Below are positions 8,628 through 18,779 of a stretch of DNA of 64,000 nt, in pieces. The position numbers and the translations under genes are program-made. The notes beneath the pieces were generated by a model that was not told the origin of the DNA, ran no database searches, and saw only the letters and a program-made list of their open reading frames with translations. Every line of letters begins with the position of its first letter. Positions within the stretch are counted from its first letter, which is position 1. This DNA is from Vulcanimicrobiota bacterium (GTDB taxonomy: Bacteria > Vulcanimicrobiota > Vulcanimicrobiia > Vulcanimicrobiales > Vulcanimicrobiaceae), in the NCBI GenBank assembly GCA_963820825.1, contig CAWGBN010000006.1, forward strand, positions 320,001-384,000, in the 5' to 3' direction.

Positions 8628-9214
8628 TGAGGCGGTTTGGTCGCCTGCGGTCCGGGTGTCGCACCCGGCTCGACAACAATGACGTCTTGCATACCTGAGT
8701 GGTAGTGGAAGGCGCAGCCGAAGAGATAGATGCCGGCCTTCTTGGCAACCACGGTGACCGACGATCCCGGATTGATCGAGCCGCTTCTATAGCCGTTCTT
8801 CAGCGGCCCTCCCGATGGTGTCGTCGGGAGCGACGGACTGCTCGGGAAGTTCGCGGGCGGTCCTTTGATCTTCGCGACGACGTTGAACGTGTGGTGAATG
8901 CTCTTCGAAATGTTCTTGATCGTGAGCTTGGTGTTGGGCGGAAAGCCCAGTGCCTGCGAGAATTGTCGTTGCGTGAAACCGCCCAGCGTCGCTTGCCAGG
9001 TCGGATCTTTAATCGTGCCGAGGCCTTCCGCGGGAAGCTCCTCCATTACCGTACCCTTTTTTCTGTCGGGAAGGACGTAGCTGAGTTGCAAGTCGGGCAT
9101 GTTCGGCAGCGCGTACGTGCCGCTATTCGCACCGGTGCTGCCGGAGTTGCCCGCGCATGCTGCAAGTGCCGCGGCCGCAAGCGTCACCGCCATTGCCGCG
9201 AGTTTTTTAGCCAT
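8624..9214 (-). CDS. Cupredoxin (type-1 copper) lipoprotein
   Basis: Lipobox LAAC; HTFNV and GIYLFGCAFHYHSGM; GGAGG upstream; clear paralog of the adjacent cupredoxin domain. Confidence 0.85.
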   Translation of the reverse strand: MAKKLAAMAVTLAAAALAACAGNSGSTGANSGTYALPNMPDLQLSYVLPDRKKGTVMEELPAEGLGTIKDPTWQATLGGFTQRQFSQALGFPPNTKLTIKNISKSIHHTFNVVAKIKGPPANFPSSPSLPTTPSGGPLKNGYRSGSINPGSSVTVVAKKAGIYLFGCAFHYHSGMQDVIVVEPGATPGPQATKPPQ

Positions 9215-9280
9215 ATAACCTCCAGAGAGTGTAGGAATGTGCCTTAGGCTAGCGGTCGAGGATGAAGAAAGTCTAAAGCA

Positions 9281-10117
9281 CTACGGGGGTTTGATCGAGT
9301 CGCGCATCGCTGCCGCGATATTCTGCAGCGCCGGATCGCCCGCCGCATCGATCGTCGCTCGAGCGAACTCATTGCGGGCGGACGCGTGGTCCCCCTCTCG
9401 CAAGAGGACGACGCCCAGGGCAAACCGAGCGCGCGCATACGCGGGCGCGAGCGAGAGCGCGATGCGCAGTTCGCGTTCGGCCGCTTGATAGCGATCCAAG
9501 CGTTCTTCGGCGAGCGCGAGATCGTAATGCGCGACCGCGTACGACGGATTCGCGTGCAGCAGCTTGCCGAAATCCTCACGAGCGGTCGCGGCGTCGCCGC
9601 CTTGGAGCGCGACGATTCCCCGCGAATAGAGCGCTCGTGCCGCGTCCGGTGCGAGCGTGACGTATCGATTGGCCATGCGGCGCGCCTCGGCGAGATCGCC
9701 GCGCGCGAGGTCGATGGAGACGAGATTGGCCATCGCGGCTAGGAAGCCCGGATCGAGCGCGAGCGCGCTGCGCAGCTCGCGCGCCGCATCGTCGTAACGC
9801 TTTAGGTTCGCATACGCGATTGCGAGGTCGTACTGCGCCGTCGAGCCTTGCGGCTCGGCCGGATGGAGCGCGAGGATTCGCTCGAACTCAAGAGCCGCGT
9901 TCGTCCAGTCGCCGCGCGTCTCCGCGTCGATACCGAGCGTGAAGCGCTCTTCGATTTCGCGCCGAATCGCGAGCGCCTGCAACTGCGGTAGCGAAGTCGT
10001 TCTCGGTGCGGGACTCTGCGTTGAGTAGCTCTGCCCTTGGAGCGCCCCCAAGGCGGGCGCCACTCCGAACGTCGCCTCGACTTGGATAAGAAGGGCGGCG
10101 AGCAGCAGAACCCGCAT
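9281..10117 (-). CDS. Exported tetratricopeptide-repeat protein
   Basis: Signal peptide; repeated helical units such as AQYDLAIAY..ALALDP and AHYDLALA..ALSLAP. Confidence 0.85.
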   Translation of the reverse strand: MRVLLLAALLIQVEATFGVAPALGALQGQSYSTQSPAPRTTSLPQLQALAIRREIEERFTLGIDAETRGDWTNAALEFERILALHPAEPQGSTAQYDLAIAYANLKRYDDAARELRSALALDPGFLAAMANLVSIDLARGDLAEARRMANRYVTLAPDAARALYSRGIVALQGGDAATAREDFGKLLHANPSYAVAHYDLALAEERLDRYQAAERELRIALSLAPAYARARFALGVVLLREGDHASARNEFARATIDAAGDPALQNIAAAMRDSIKPP

Positions 10118-10120
10118 CGT

Positions 10121-10375
10121 TCACTGCGTGCCGTCGGAAGGCAGTTCGGCGTCGTGCCAAGAGCCGGCCGCGGCTGCGCGCTCGGGTTTGCACTCCCAAC
10201 CGACCCGCCCCGCGGCGGTAATCGGTCCGAGGAGTCCCGGCGCGGCCGACGGACTGAGCGCCCCGGAGAGCAGGTCTTCCACAGAGGCGGCGCTTGCTAC
10301 GGCAAAATGGCCGCAGAGAAACGCGCCGGCGAGAAGACCGGCTGCAAGCAGGCGCTGGAGATAGGTTCTTGACAC
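10121..10375 (-). CDS. Small exported hypothetical protein
   Basis: Signal-peptide-like N-terminus; 3 bp upstream of the TPR gene; purine-rich RBS. Confidence 0.5.
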   Translation of the reverse strand: MSRTYLQRLLAAGLLAGAFLCGHFAVASAASVEDLLSGALSPSAAPGLLGPITAAGRVGWECKPERAAAAGSWHDAELPSDGTQ

Positions 10376-10409
10376 TTCCTTCCATCATAGCCGAAAGTCT
10401 AAAGAATCC

Positions 10410-12248
10410 GTGAAGCTCGGGCTCGGCGCCGGGATGCTGCTCTCGATTCTGCTCGCGGCAGCGCCGGCGCGCGCCCAAACCCCGCTCGTCGTCGGGTCGG
10501 TGCGGGACCAGCACGGGGCGGCGGTCGATGGGGCCACCGTCGTGGCCCAGACGGCGGCGGGTGTCGGCCCGGCCGCGACGACCGATGCCGCCGGTACCTT
10601 CGCGCTCCATGGCTCGGGGATCGTCTCGGTCCGGATCGGTTGCCGCTACTGCCTCGGATCGGAGGTGGCGGTCAAGCCGGGCGAGCCGGTCGTCGCGATC
10701 GTCCGCCGCTACGACGCGCTGCTGAGCGAAGCACCCTCGCCGGCCGACCTGGCGAGCCTCCCCTACGCCCACGTAGAGTCCTCGGTCGCCCTCCATCCCT
10801 TCACGCTCCTCTCTCAAACGAGCACGCCCTATCCCGGCTCGCTGTTGAGCGATCGCGGTCTCTCGTCGAGCGGCGCGCTGCTCATCGACAACGGCGCCCC
10901 GAACTACGACATCGTCGCCGGCGAATCGCCGTACGCGCTCATCCCCGCGTATTACGAACAGGGCGCGGCGCTGCACGACGCGACGCTCGCGTACGCATAC
11001 GGCGATCAAGCGGCCGGCGGCGTCGTGATGCTCGATCCGTTCGTCGCCGGGTCGAGCGCGGAGGTCGCGACGATCGGCAGCGAGGCGATCGCTCGCGCGC
11101 AAGTCGGATCGGACGCATCGTCGATATCGGTCGGTACGTTCAGCAACGACGAGGAGTCGCGTCAGCGAGGCGACCTTACCGCGAGCTGGCCGTTGGGAGC
11201 GGACCAGTCGTTCACCGTCTCCGGAGGCAGCGAGCAAGGCCGCAACTACGAATCGCCGGCGTCCTCGTTTGCCGGCAGCTTCTCATTTGCCGATGCCGGC
11301 TTCAGCGATCCGCGCGCGCTCAACCTCTCGCTCTCCGCCGTGATGGATCGTGGCAGTTACGTCGCGAGCAGCTACCAATGGCCGACATCGACCGGCTGGT
11401 CCGATTCCGGTTTCGATGCGAGCATCCATACCAACGGACCCGTCGTCGCATTTGCCGACGCCGCGACTCGTTCGTCGAGCGGTTTCTACGACGCGCAATC
11501 GTTTGGGCTCGAGCGAGTCGGCGCGACGCTCGATCAGACGCGCATCGATGCGGGCCTCGTCGCGAGCGGAAGTGCGTACGCGGTGACGGCGGGAGTCGGC
11601 GCCTTCTGGTTCGACTATGCGGGTGGTACCTACGGCATATCGCAGCCGGCACGTGCGGCGCTCGCGGTACCGTCGCTCGATGCGAAGCTCTTTCCAAACG
11701 GCAAGTGGAGCTTGGACCTTCAAGGCAGCGGGTCGTTCACGCTGCCGACCTTCATCGAGCAGTATCTCTATGCCGAGGCCCGGCCGACGCCGGTGCAGCT
11801 CTCGCGCAACGCACTCCAAGCGGCAATTCTCAGCTATACCGACGGCGCGCGCGTGCGTTTCGAATTCGAAGCGGCCACCGAAAACGTGAGCGGCAGCGCG
11901 AGCGGAAGAATTTCGTCGGCCGGTCTTTCGGCGATATGGCAGATCGCGCCGGCGATTTCGCTGCGGACGTGGACGATGCACGTCACCGACTCCGCGCCGC
12001 TCTACGGCGCGGTTCTTCCCTACGGACCCGCGCCGACGGTGAACGCGATTTGGTTGACCTACGACACGGGGAGCGCGATTCGCGCCGACGTGCTATACCG
12101 CCGCGATCTGCTCGATGCGCTTCCGTTCTATCACTTCGACGGTGCGATCTCCGGTCCGATCGGCGATCGCTTGCGATGGTACGCCGGCGCCGAGGACCGG
12201 ATGCGCCGCACGTTCCTCGACGCCGGCCTTCGTTTCTCCGCGCGCTAG
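10410..12248 (+). CDS. Outer-membrane protein with carboxypeptidase-regulatory-like N-domain (TonB-dependent receptor-like)
   Basis: Signal peptide; GSVRDQHGAAVDGATV and TTDAAGTF; plug-like RGLSS, LLIDNG and YGDQAAGGV; beta-rich C-terminus ending GLRFSAR. Confidence 0.65.
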   Translation: MKLGLGAGMLLSILLAAAPARAQTPLVVGSVRDQHGAAVDGATVVAQTAAGVGPAATTDAAGTFALHGSGIVSVRIGCRYCLGSEVAVKPGEPVVAIVRRYDALLSEAPSPADLASLPYAHVESSVALHPFTLLSQTSTPYPGSLLSDRGLSSSGALLIDNGAPNYDIVAGESPYALIPAYYEQGAALHDATLAYAYGDQAAGGVVMLDPFVAGSSAEVATIGSEAIARAQVGSDASSISVGTFSNDEESRQRGDLTASWPLGADQSFTVSGGSEQGRNYESPASSFAGSFSFADAGFSDPRALNLSLSAVMDRGSYVASSYQWPTSTGWSDSGFDASIHTNGPVVAFADAATRSSSGFYDAQSFGLERVGATLDQTRIDAGLVASGSAYAVTAGVGAFWFDYAGGTYGISQPARAALAVPSLDAKLFPNGKWSLDLQGSGSFTLPTFIEQYLYAEARPTPVQLSRNALQAAILSYTDGARVRFEFEAATENVSGSASGRISSAGLSAIWQIAPAISLRTWTMHVTDSAPLYGAVLPYGPAPTVNAIWLTYDTGSAIRADVLYRRDLLDALPFYHFDGAISGPIGDRLRWYAGAEDRMRRTFLDAGLRFSAR

Positions 12249-12258
12249 ACCGGCAAGG

Positions 12259-12675
12259 CTACGAAGCTTTCGGCTTCCAGGCTCCCAAGATTACACCCAT
12301 GACCGCCATCCCGACGACGACGTAACCTACGTTGATGATCGCGAGCGTCGAGCCGCGCATCTCGTAGGTGTAATCCATCGCGGTCATCGTGCCGAAGATC
12401 AGGAGCCCCATCGAGAGCCCGATCAACGCGCCTCGCCCGGGATTCAGATCGCCGCGCCAACTCAAGATGCGTGCGAGACCGTATGCGAGCAAGAACGCCA
12501 TGACGAACGTGAGCCCGTACTCATAGCCTGCGGCGCCCCCTTGCGTCATGTCTCCCGTCGCCTTGCCCATCGCCGTCATCCACGCCGATGTGAACAGCAT
12601 GCCATACCACAACCAGCCGATTAAAAAGAAGACGATCGCCGAAACGACGATCGCCCACCAGTTTACGCGATGCAT
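12259..12675 (-). CDS. DUF1761-like membrane protein
   Basis: NWWAIVVSA..GWLWYG.LF...W pattern; four TM helices. Confidence 0.75.
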   Translation of the reverse strand: MHRVNWWAIVVSAIVFFLIGWLWYGMLFTSAWMTAMGKATGDMTQGGAAGYEYGLTFVMAFLLAYGLARILSWRGDLNPGRGALIGLSMGLLIFGTMTAMDYTYEMRGSTLAIINVGYVVVGMAVMGVILGAWKPKAS

Positions 12676-12702
12676 GCGGGCGCCTTACTGCCCGCGACCC
12701 GG

Positions 12703-14973
12703 CTACTCCTCGTCGCGACGAGCGTGCGGGCGTCGCCGCCGCCGCATCGGCGGCGCGCCGGGCGCTCCCGCCGGTGGAGCCGACGAAGCCGACGGAGCAG
12801 AGTCGCGCGTCTCGCGCGGAGCGCGCGGACCTCGGCTGTAATCGCCGTTGCCCGAAACGCCTCCCAAGAGCGCTTTGCGCGAGAGATTGATCCGGCCCTG
12901 GCCGTCGATCTCCATCACCTTGACCATGACCTCGTCGCCGAGTTGCACGACGTCTTCGACTCGTTCAACCCGCGTCGGTGCGAGCTGGCTGATGTGCACC
13001 AGCCCTTCCTTGCCGGGGAGAATCTGCACGAATGCGCCGATGGTAATGATGCGGGTGACTTTACCGCGATAGGTCTCGCCGACGAGAACCTCCTTGGTGA
13101 GGTTCTCGACAATCTCTTTGGCCTTGTCGCCGGAAGCGCCGTCGAGCGAGGTGATAAAGACGCTGCCGTCGTCCTCGATGTCGATCTTCTCGACGCCGGT
13201 GTCGGCGATGATCTTGTTGATGACCTTTCCGCCGGGTCCGATGACGTCTTTGATCTTCGCGGGGTCGATCTTGACGATGATCATCCGCGGCGCGAATTCG
13301 GAGAGCTGCTCGCGCGGTGCCGCGATCGTCTCGACCAGCTTGTCGATGATCGCGTGGCGCGACTTACGCGCTTGCTCCATCGCTTCGCGCATGATCGCGA
13401 TCGTGACGCCTTGCACCTTGATGTCCATTTGGATTGCGGTGATGCCTTTTTTTGTTCCCGCGACTTTAAAGTCCATCTCGCCCAACGCGTCTTCGAGTCC
13501 CTGGATGTCGGTGAGAATCGCGTACTTGCTGCCTTTGAGGATCAATCCCATCGCAACGCCGGCGACGTGTTCGCGAATCGGAACGCCGGCGTCCATCAGC
13601 GCGAGCGTCGAACCGCAGACGGAGGCCATCGAGGACGATCCGTTCGATTCGAGCACTTCGCTGATCAGCCGCAGCGTATATGGAAACTCGTCCTTGGGTG
13701 GAAGAACGGGCGTGAGCGCCCGCTCGGCGAGGTGGCCGTGGCCGATCTCGCGCCGTCCCGGACCGCGCATCGGGCGCGTCTCGCCGACCGAGTACGGCGG
13801 GAAGTTGTAGAAGTGCATGTAGCGCTTGTCTTCGAGCTCCATGATGCCGTCGAGCCGTTGCGCGTCGCTCGTCGAGCCGAGGGTGGCCGCGGTGAAGACC
13901 TGCGTCTGGCCGCGGGTAAAGACTCCCGAGCCGTGAACGCGCGGAACGTAATGCACTTTGCACCAGATCGGGCGGACTTCATCGGGCTTGCGGCCGTCGG
14001 GCCGAACTTTCTCATCGACGACCATGGTGCGCAGCTCGTCCTCTTCCATGGCCTTGACGATTTTGTTGAACGCTTTGGCGGAAGCCGGTTCCTCGAGCAG
14101 CGCCTTGACGTTCTCGTCCTTCTTGCCGCATCGCGCGAGCGCTTCGTCGACGTTGATTTCGCCGAATGCTAGTTCGCGCTTCTGCTTATCGACGGTTCGC
14201 ATCGCCTTTGCGACGTCTTTGGCGAACGACTTGCGCACCCAGCGCTCCAGGCTCTCGTCGACGTGCGAGACGGGATATTCGCGCTTTGCCTTTCCGGCTT
14301 TTTTCGCGAGCTGCTCGATCGCTTTGACGATCTTGCGAATCTCGGCGTGTGCGAACTCGACCGCGCCGAGGAATTCCTCCTCGGCAATCTCGTCGCCGCC
14401 GCCCTCGACCATCATGACCGCATCGGCCGTTCCGGCGATCACGATGTCCATACCGCCGGTTGCGTACTGCGGCAGCGTCGGGTTGCAGACGTACTTGCCG
14501 TTTTCGTCGCGACCGACGCGAACCGCGGCGACCGTCTTGTCGAACGGAATGTCGCTCAGTGCGAGCGCGGCGCCGGCGGCGCAGACGCCGAGGACGTCGG
14601 CATCGAGCTGCGGATCGATCGAGAGCACGGTGGCGACGATCTGAACGTCGTTGCGAAATCCATCGGGAAAGAGCGGGCGAATCGGACGATCGATTTGGCG
14701 CGAGCTGAGAATTCCGTGCTCGGGCGGACGTCCTTCGCGTTTGATGTAGCCTCCGGGAATTTTTCCGGCGGCGTACATCTTCTCTTCGAAGTCACAGGTG
14801 AGGGGAAAGAAGTCGATGCCTTCGCGAGGTTTCTCGGAGGCAGTGACGGCGCAGAGCACGACGTTTTGATCGCCATAACGAACCAACGCGGAGCCGTTTG
14901 CTTGCTTCGCCAGTTCGCCGGTTTCGATGGTCATCGTGCGCCCGCCGACCGTTAAGCTTACGGATTCGGGCAC
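12703..14973 (-). CDS. pnp: Polyribonucleotide nucleotidyltransferase (PNPase)
   Basis: ETGELAKQANG, DFFPL, RREIGHG, ESNGSSSMAS, GEMDFKVAG, KH and S1 domains. Confidence 0.98.
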   Translation of the reverse strand: MPESVSLTVGGRTMTIETGELAKQANGSALVRYGDQNVVLCAVTASEKPREGIDFFPLTCDFEEKMYAAGKIPGGYIKREGRPPEHGILSSRQIDRPIRPLFPDGFRNDVQIVATVLSIDPQLDADVLGVCAAGAALALSDIPFDKTVAAVRVGRDENGKYVCNPTLPQYATGGMDIVIAGTADAVMMVEGGGDEIAEEEFLGAVEFAHAEIRKIVKAIEQLAKKAGKAKREYPVSHVDESLERWVRKSFAKDVAKAMRTVDKQKRELAFGEINVDEALARCGKKDENVKALLEEPASAKAFNKIVKAMEEDELRTMVVDEKVRPDGRKPDEVRPIWCKVHYVPRVHGSGVFTRGQTQVFTAATLGSTSDAQRLDGIMELEDKRYMHFYNFPPYSVGETRPMRGPGRREIGHGHLAERALTPVLPPKDEFPYTLRLISEVLESNGSSSMASVCGSTLALMDAGVPIREHVAGVAMGLILKGSKYAILTDIQGLEDALGEMDFKVAGTKKGITAIQMDIKVQGVTIAIMREAMEQARKSRHAIIDKLVETIAAPREQLSEFAPRMIIVKIDPAKIKDVIGPGGKVINKIIADTGVEKIDIEDDGSVFITSLDGASGDKAKEIVENLTKEVLVGETYRGKVTRIITIGAFVQILPGKEGLVHISQLAPTRVERVEDVVQLGDEVMVKVMEIDGQGRINLSRKALLGGVSGNGDYSRGPRAPRETRDSAPSASSAPPAGAPGAPPMRRRRRPHARRDEE

Positions 14974-15064
14974 AATTTCTCCTAAATTCGAAATATTCTA
15001 TTCTTTTTTTGCCTCGTCAGCATTCGGCAGGGCCGAGCCGCGACCTGCCCTAAACGGCCCATCC

Positions 15065-15919
15065 ATGCCAGTTACCCCTGCAGGCTTGACCGAGCTCAAG
15101 CTCAAGGCCAATGACGTGCGTCAAGGCATTATTCGCTCGTTGCTCGCCGCCGGTTCCGGACACTCTGCCGGTCCGCTCGACATGTCCGACATCTTTGCGG
15201 CGCTCTACGGCCACTTGATGCGCCACGATCCCGGCAATCCCGAGTGGCCCGATCGCGACCGGCTGCTGCTCTCCTGCGGGCACATCGCGCCGGTTCGATA
15301 CTCGGCGATGGCGAACTTCGGATACTTTCCGCTCGAAGAGTTGCTGACGTTGCGCAAGTTCGGAACGCGGCTCCAAGGCCACCCCGAGCGCGTGCGTCTG
15401 CCGGGAACCGAGACGACGTCGGGTCCGCTCGGCGAGGGACTCGCGCAGGGCGTCGGCATGGCCTTCGGTGCGAAGATGGACGGCAAGGCGTTTCGCGTTT
15501 GGGTCGTCACCTCCGACGCCGAGCATCAGTGCGGGTTGCATTGGGAGGCGGTGCTGACCGGCGCGAAGTTCGCGCTCGACAATCTCACCGCGATCGTCGA
15601 TCGCAACTTCATTCAGATCGACGGCAGCACCGAAGACGTGATGCCGCTCGAGCCGCTCGCCGATAAGTACCGCGCCTTCAATTGGGAGGTGCTCGAGTGC
15701 GACGGTAACGATCTCGCGGCGTTCATCGAGACCGCAGAGCGCGCGGTGCACTGCACCGGCAAGCCGCAGGTAATCATCGCCAACACCGTGCCCGGCAAGG
15801 GCGTATCGTTCATGGAAGGCGATTATACGTGGCACGGCAAGCCGCCCAACGCGCAACAAGCGGAGCAGGCGTTGCGCGAGCTGGCGGCGCAGCGCGAAGG
15901 AATCGCTGCCGATGCATAG
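15065..15919 (+). CDS. Transketolase, N-terminal (TPP-binding) subunit
   Basis: GSGH, DRLLLSCGH, LQGHP, SGPLGEG, TVPGKG, WHG. Confidence 0.92.
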   Translation: MPVTPAGLTELKLKANDVRQGIIRSLLAAGSGHSAGPLDMSDIFAALYGHLMRHDPGNPEWPDRDRLLLSCGHIAPVRYSAMANFGYFPLEELLTLRKFGTRLQGHPERVRLPGTETTSGPLGEGLAQGVGMAFGAKMDGKAFRVWVVTSDAEHQCGLHWEAVLTGAKFALDNLTAIVDRNFIQIDGSTEDVMPLEPLADKYRAFNWEVLECDGNDLAAFIETAERAVHCTGKPQVIIANTVPGKGVSFMEGDYTWHGKPPNAQQAEQALRELAAQREGIAADA

Positions 15920-16922
15920 CGGTACGAACGTTGCCGACGGCGCGGCCGGCGCGATGCATCTGGTCGATTATCGCAGCGGCGAGCTCAAACAGGTTCCGAC
16001 GCGCAACGGCTTCGGCGAAGGACTGATCGAGGCGGGCACGCGCGACCGCAACGTCTTGGGGATTTGTGCGGATCTATCGGAATCGACGCGCTTCGAGGGC
16101 TTCAAGAAGGCGCATCCCGAGCAGTACATCGAGATCGGCGTCTCCGAGCAGATGCTCGTCGCGATGGCCGGCGGCCTCGCCGCCGTCGGAAAGATTCCCT
16201 GGATCGCCAGCTACGCGATGTTCAATCCGGGACGTTCCTGGGAGCAAGTGCGCACGATCATGGCGCTCAACGAGACGAACGTGAAGATCGCGGGCGCGCA
16301 CGCCGGCGTCTCGGTCGGTCCCGACGGCGCGACGCACCAGGCAATCGAGGATATCGCGATCATGCGCGTCATTCCGCACATGATGGTCGTGGTACCGTGC
16401 GACTCGGTGCAGACGAAGAAGGCGACGCTTGCGCTTTCGGCGACTTGGGGCCCGGCCTACCTGCGCTTCGGACGGGAGAAGTCGGCGGTGATCACCACCG
16501 ACGAGACGCCCTTCGAGATCGGCAAGGCGCAGACGTTCCGCGAGGGCGGCGACGTTGCCATCATTGCCTGCGGCATCTTGGTCTATAATGCGCTGCTCGC
16601 GGCCGATCGTCTCGCCCGCGACGGCATCGAGTGCCGCGTCGTGAACAATCATACCGTCAAGCCGATGGACGAAGCGGCGATCGTCGACGCTGCGCGGAGC
16701 TGCGGCACGATCGTGACCGTCGAAGAACATCAAAAACATGCCGGCATGGGTTCGCGCGTTGCCGAGATCCTCGCGCAACGGCGACCGGTCCCGATCGAGT
16801 TCGTCGGCGTCGAGGATAGGTTTGGACAATCGGGCGACCCCGTCGAACTGATCGAGTACTACGGCATGGGCGTTGACGCGATCGTCGCCGCCGCCCGTCG
16901 CGCCTACGAACGCAAGGGTTAG
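15912..16922 (+). CDS. Transketolase, C-terminal subunit
   Basis: [27 protein letters not shown]. Confidence 0.92.
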   Translation: MHSGTNVADGAAGAMHLVDYRSGELKQVPTRNGFGEGLIEAGTRDRNVLGICADLSESTRFEGFKKAHPEQYIEIGVSEQMLVAMAGGLAAVGKIPWIASYAMFNPGRSWEQVRTIMALNETNVKIAGAHAGVSVGPDGATHQAIEDIAIMRVIPHMMVVVPCDSVQTKKATLALSATWGPAYLRFGREKSAVITTDETPFEIGKAQTFREGGDVAIIACGILVYNALLAADRLARDGIECRVVNNHTVKPMDEAAIVDAARSCGTIVTVEEHQKHAGMGSRVAEILAQRRPVPIEFVGVEDRFGQSGDPVELIEYYGMGVDAIVAAARRAYERKG

Positions 16923-17188
16923 CGGCGTAATCCGAGCGAGGAGATGAGCGAGCGGTAACGCTCGAGGTCGTTCGCGTGCAGATAGTTCAACAAACGGCGC
17001 CGTTGGCCGACCTGCAGTAGAAGTCCGCGGCGGCTGTGATGGTCCTTCTTGTGGGTCTTCAGGTGCTCGGTGAGCTGATTGATCGATGCGGTGAGCATCG
17101 CGATCTGCACTTCGGCCGATCCGGTATCGGTCGATCCACGGCCGTACTTGCCGGCGATCTCGGCCTTTTGGTCTTTGGTGAGCGGCAC
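16919..17188 (-). CDS. rpsO: 30S ribosomal protein S15
   Basis: [30 protein letters not shown] start after AAGGAG; 89 aa. Confidence 0.97.
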   Translation of the reverse strand: MPLTKDQKAEIAGKYGRGSTDTGSAEVQIAMLTASINQLTEHLKTHKKDHHSRRGLLLQVGQRRRLLNYLHANDLERYRSLISSLGLRR

Positions 17189-17263
17189 GGTTGAAACTCC
17201 TTGGGCAGGATGGTCTCGCTCGGGTACAGAGTGCTCCACCGTCCCGGCGACCGGCATAGGATA
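17189..17263 (-). promoter_or_regulatory. rpsO -10 box and structured 5' leader (candidate S15 autoregulatory RNA)
   Basis: TATCCT at 17263-17258, followed by an interrupted hairpin GGTC-GC-CGGG-AC...GT-ACCCG-AGC-GA-GACC (17252-17212). Confidence 0.5.
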
Positions 17264-17322
17264 GCAAAGGCGCCGCGCCCGCGCAAGGGCTGCGCCTACA
17301 AGTGCAAAATCGGGCGTTTGCA

Positions 17323-18093
17323 ATGGATTTCGGAATACGCGGGCGGGTTGCGCTCATCACCGGAGGCAGCGCCGGTATCGGCGAGGCCGTTGCGCTGGCG
17401 CTGGCCGCCGAAGGCGTCAAGCTGGCGGTCGCCGCTCGTAATCTCGAGCGGTGCGAGGCGGTTGCCGATGAGGCGAAGCGCCGTTGCGCCGTCGAGGCCC
17501 GCGCCTTTGCCGTCGATTTGAGCGACCAGGAATCGATCGCCGCGATGCTCGAGCGGGTGCGCGAAGCCTTCGGCGAGGTCGAGATCGCGGTGCTCAACGG
17601 AGGCGGTCCCAAGGCCGGCCGGTTCACCGAAATGCCGGCCGCGGACTGGGACGCCGCCTATCGTCTCGTCTTGCGCAGCATGCTCGTCTTGACCGAAGCG
17701 CTCGTGCCCGCGATGCGCGCGCGGCGATGGGGGCGCATCGTCGCCTTGACCTCGACCTCGGTGAAACAGCCGATCGATAATCTCGTGCTCTCCAACGCAT
17801 TTCGAACGGGACTCGTCGCGGCGTTGCGCACGCTTTCGGTCGAAGTGGCCCGCGACGGCGTAACCGTCAACTCTATCGCAACCGGTCGCATCGAGACCGA
17901 TCGCTTGCGCAGCCTCTACGCCAACGATGAGAACCGGCTTCGCGATGCGGCGCGTGAAGTACCGATCGGGCGCATCGCGACGCCCGACGAATATGCGCCG
18001 ATGGTGGCGTTTCTTTGCAGCGAGCCGGCGCGTTACGTCACCGGGCAAACGATCTCCGTCGACGGCGGACTCGTTCGCGGTCTGTTCGGTTAA
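17323..18093 (+). CDS. SDR-family oxidoreductase
   Basis: [13 protein letters not shown], atypical SNAFR active site, VDGG. Confidence 0.92.
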   Translation: MDFGIRGRVALITGGSAGIGEAVALALAAEGVKLAVAARNLERCEAVADEAKRRCAVEARAFAVDLSDQESIAAMLERVREAFGEVEIAVLNGGGPKAGRFTEMPAADWDAAYRLVLRSMLVLTEALVPAMRARRWGRIVALTSTSVKQPIDNLVLSNAFRTGLVAALRTLSVEVARDGVTVNSIATGRIETDRLRSLYANDENRLRDAAREVPIGRIATPDEYAPMVAFLCSEPARYVTGQTISVDGGLVRGLFG

Positions 18094-18099
18094 GCGCGG

Positions 18100-18753
18100 A
18101 TGGGTAGCGTTCGTGTTGCGAATTTCGGCGTCTCGATCGATGGATGTGGTGCGGGCTCGGGACAGGATCTCGAGCATCCGCTCGGCGCCGGCGGCGAAGC
18201 GCTCTTCGATTGGTTCTCTGCGACGCGCACGTGGTGCGCGATGCTCGGTCGCGACGGCGGCGAAATGGGGGTCGACGATACGTTCGCGCGACGTGGGTTC
18301 GAGAACGTCGGCGCGTGGATCCTCGGACGAAATATGTTTGGACCGGTGCGCGGGCCGTGGCTCGACGACGCGTGGCAGGGTTGGTGGGGTGACGAGCCGC
18401 CGTACCACACGCCCGTATTCGTGCTGACGCATCATCCGCGCGCGGAGATCGTCATGCGCGGCGGCACGACGTTTCACTTCGTCACGGAGGGCATCGAAGC
18501 GGCTCTTGCATTGGCAAGTAAAGCAGCAGGCCCGCAGGACGTGCGCGTCGGCGGCGGCGTCGCAACGATTCGTGCCTACTTGCAAGCCGGCTTGATCGAC
18601 GAGATGCACCTGGCACTCGCGCCGGCGCTCCTCGGGCGGGGCGAACGCCTCTTCGCCGATCTCGACCTGCCGGCGCTCGGCTACGCCGTCACGCAGACGG
18701 TGACCGGCGAGCGCGCGACGCACGTGATCGTCGCGCCGGGCAAGGTGCGCTAG
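18100..18753 (+). CDS. RibD C-terminal / dihydrofolate reductase-family protein
   Basis: SIDG, GRNMFGP, PPYHTPVFVLTH, GGGVAT, LIDEMHL. Confidence 0.9.
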   Translation: MGSVRVANFGVSIDGCGAGSGQDLEHPLGAGGEALFDWFSATRTWCAMLGRDGGEMGVDDTFARRGFENVGAWILGRNMFGPVRGPWLDDAWQGWWGDEPPYHTPVFVLTHHPRAEIVMRGGTTFHFVTEGIEAALALASKAAGPQDVRVGGGVATIRAYLQAGLIDEMHLALAPALLGRGERLFADLDLPALGYAVTQTVTGERATHVIVAPGKVR

Positions 18754-18779
18754 GGGACGGCGCGAATGACCGGGCCGAT

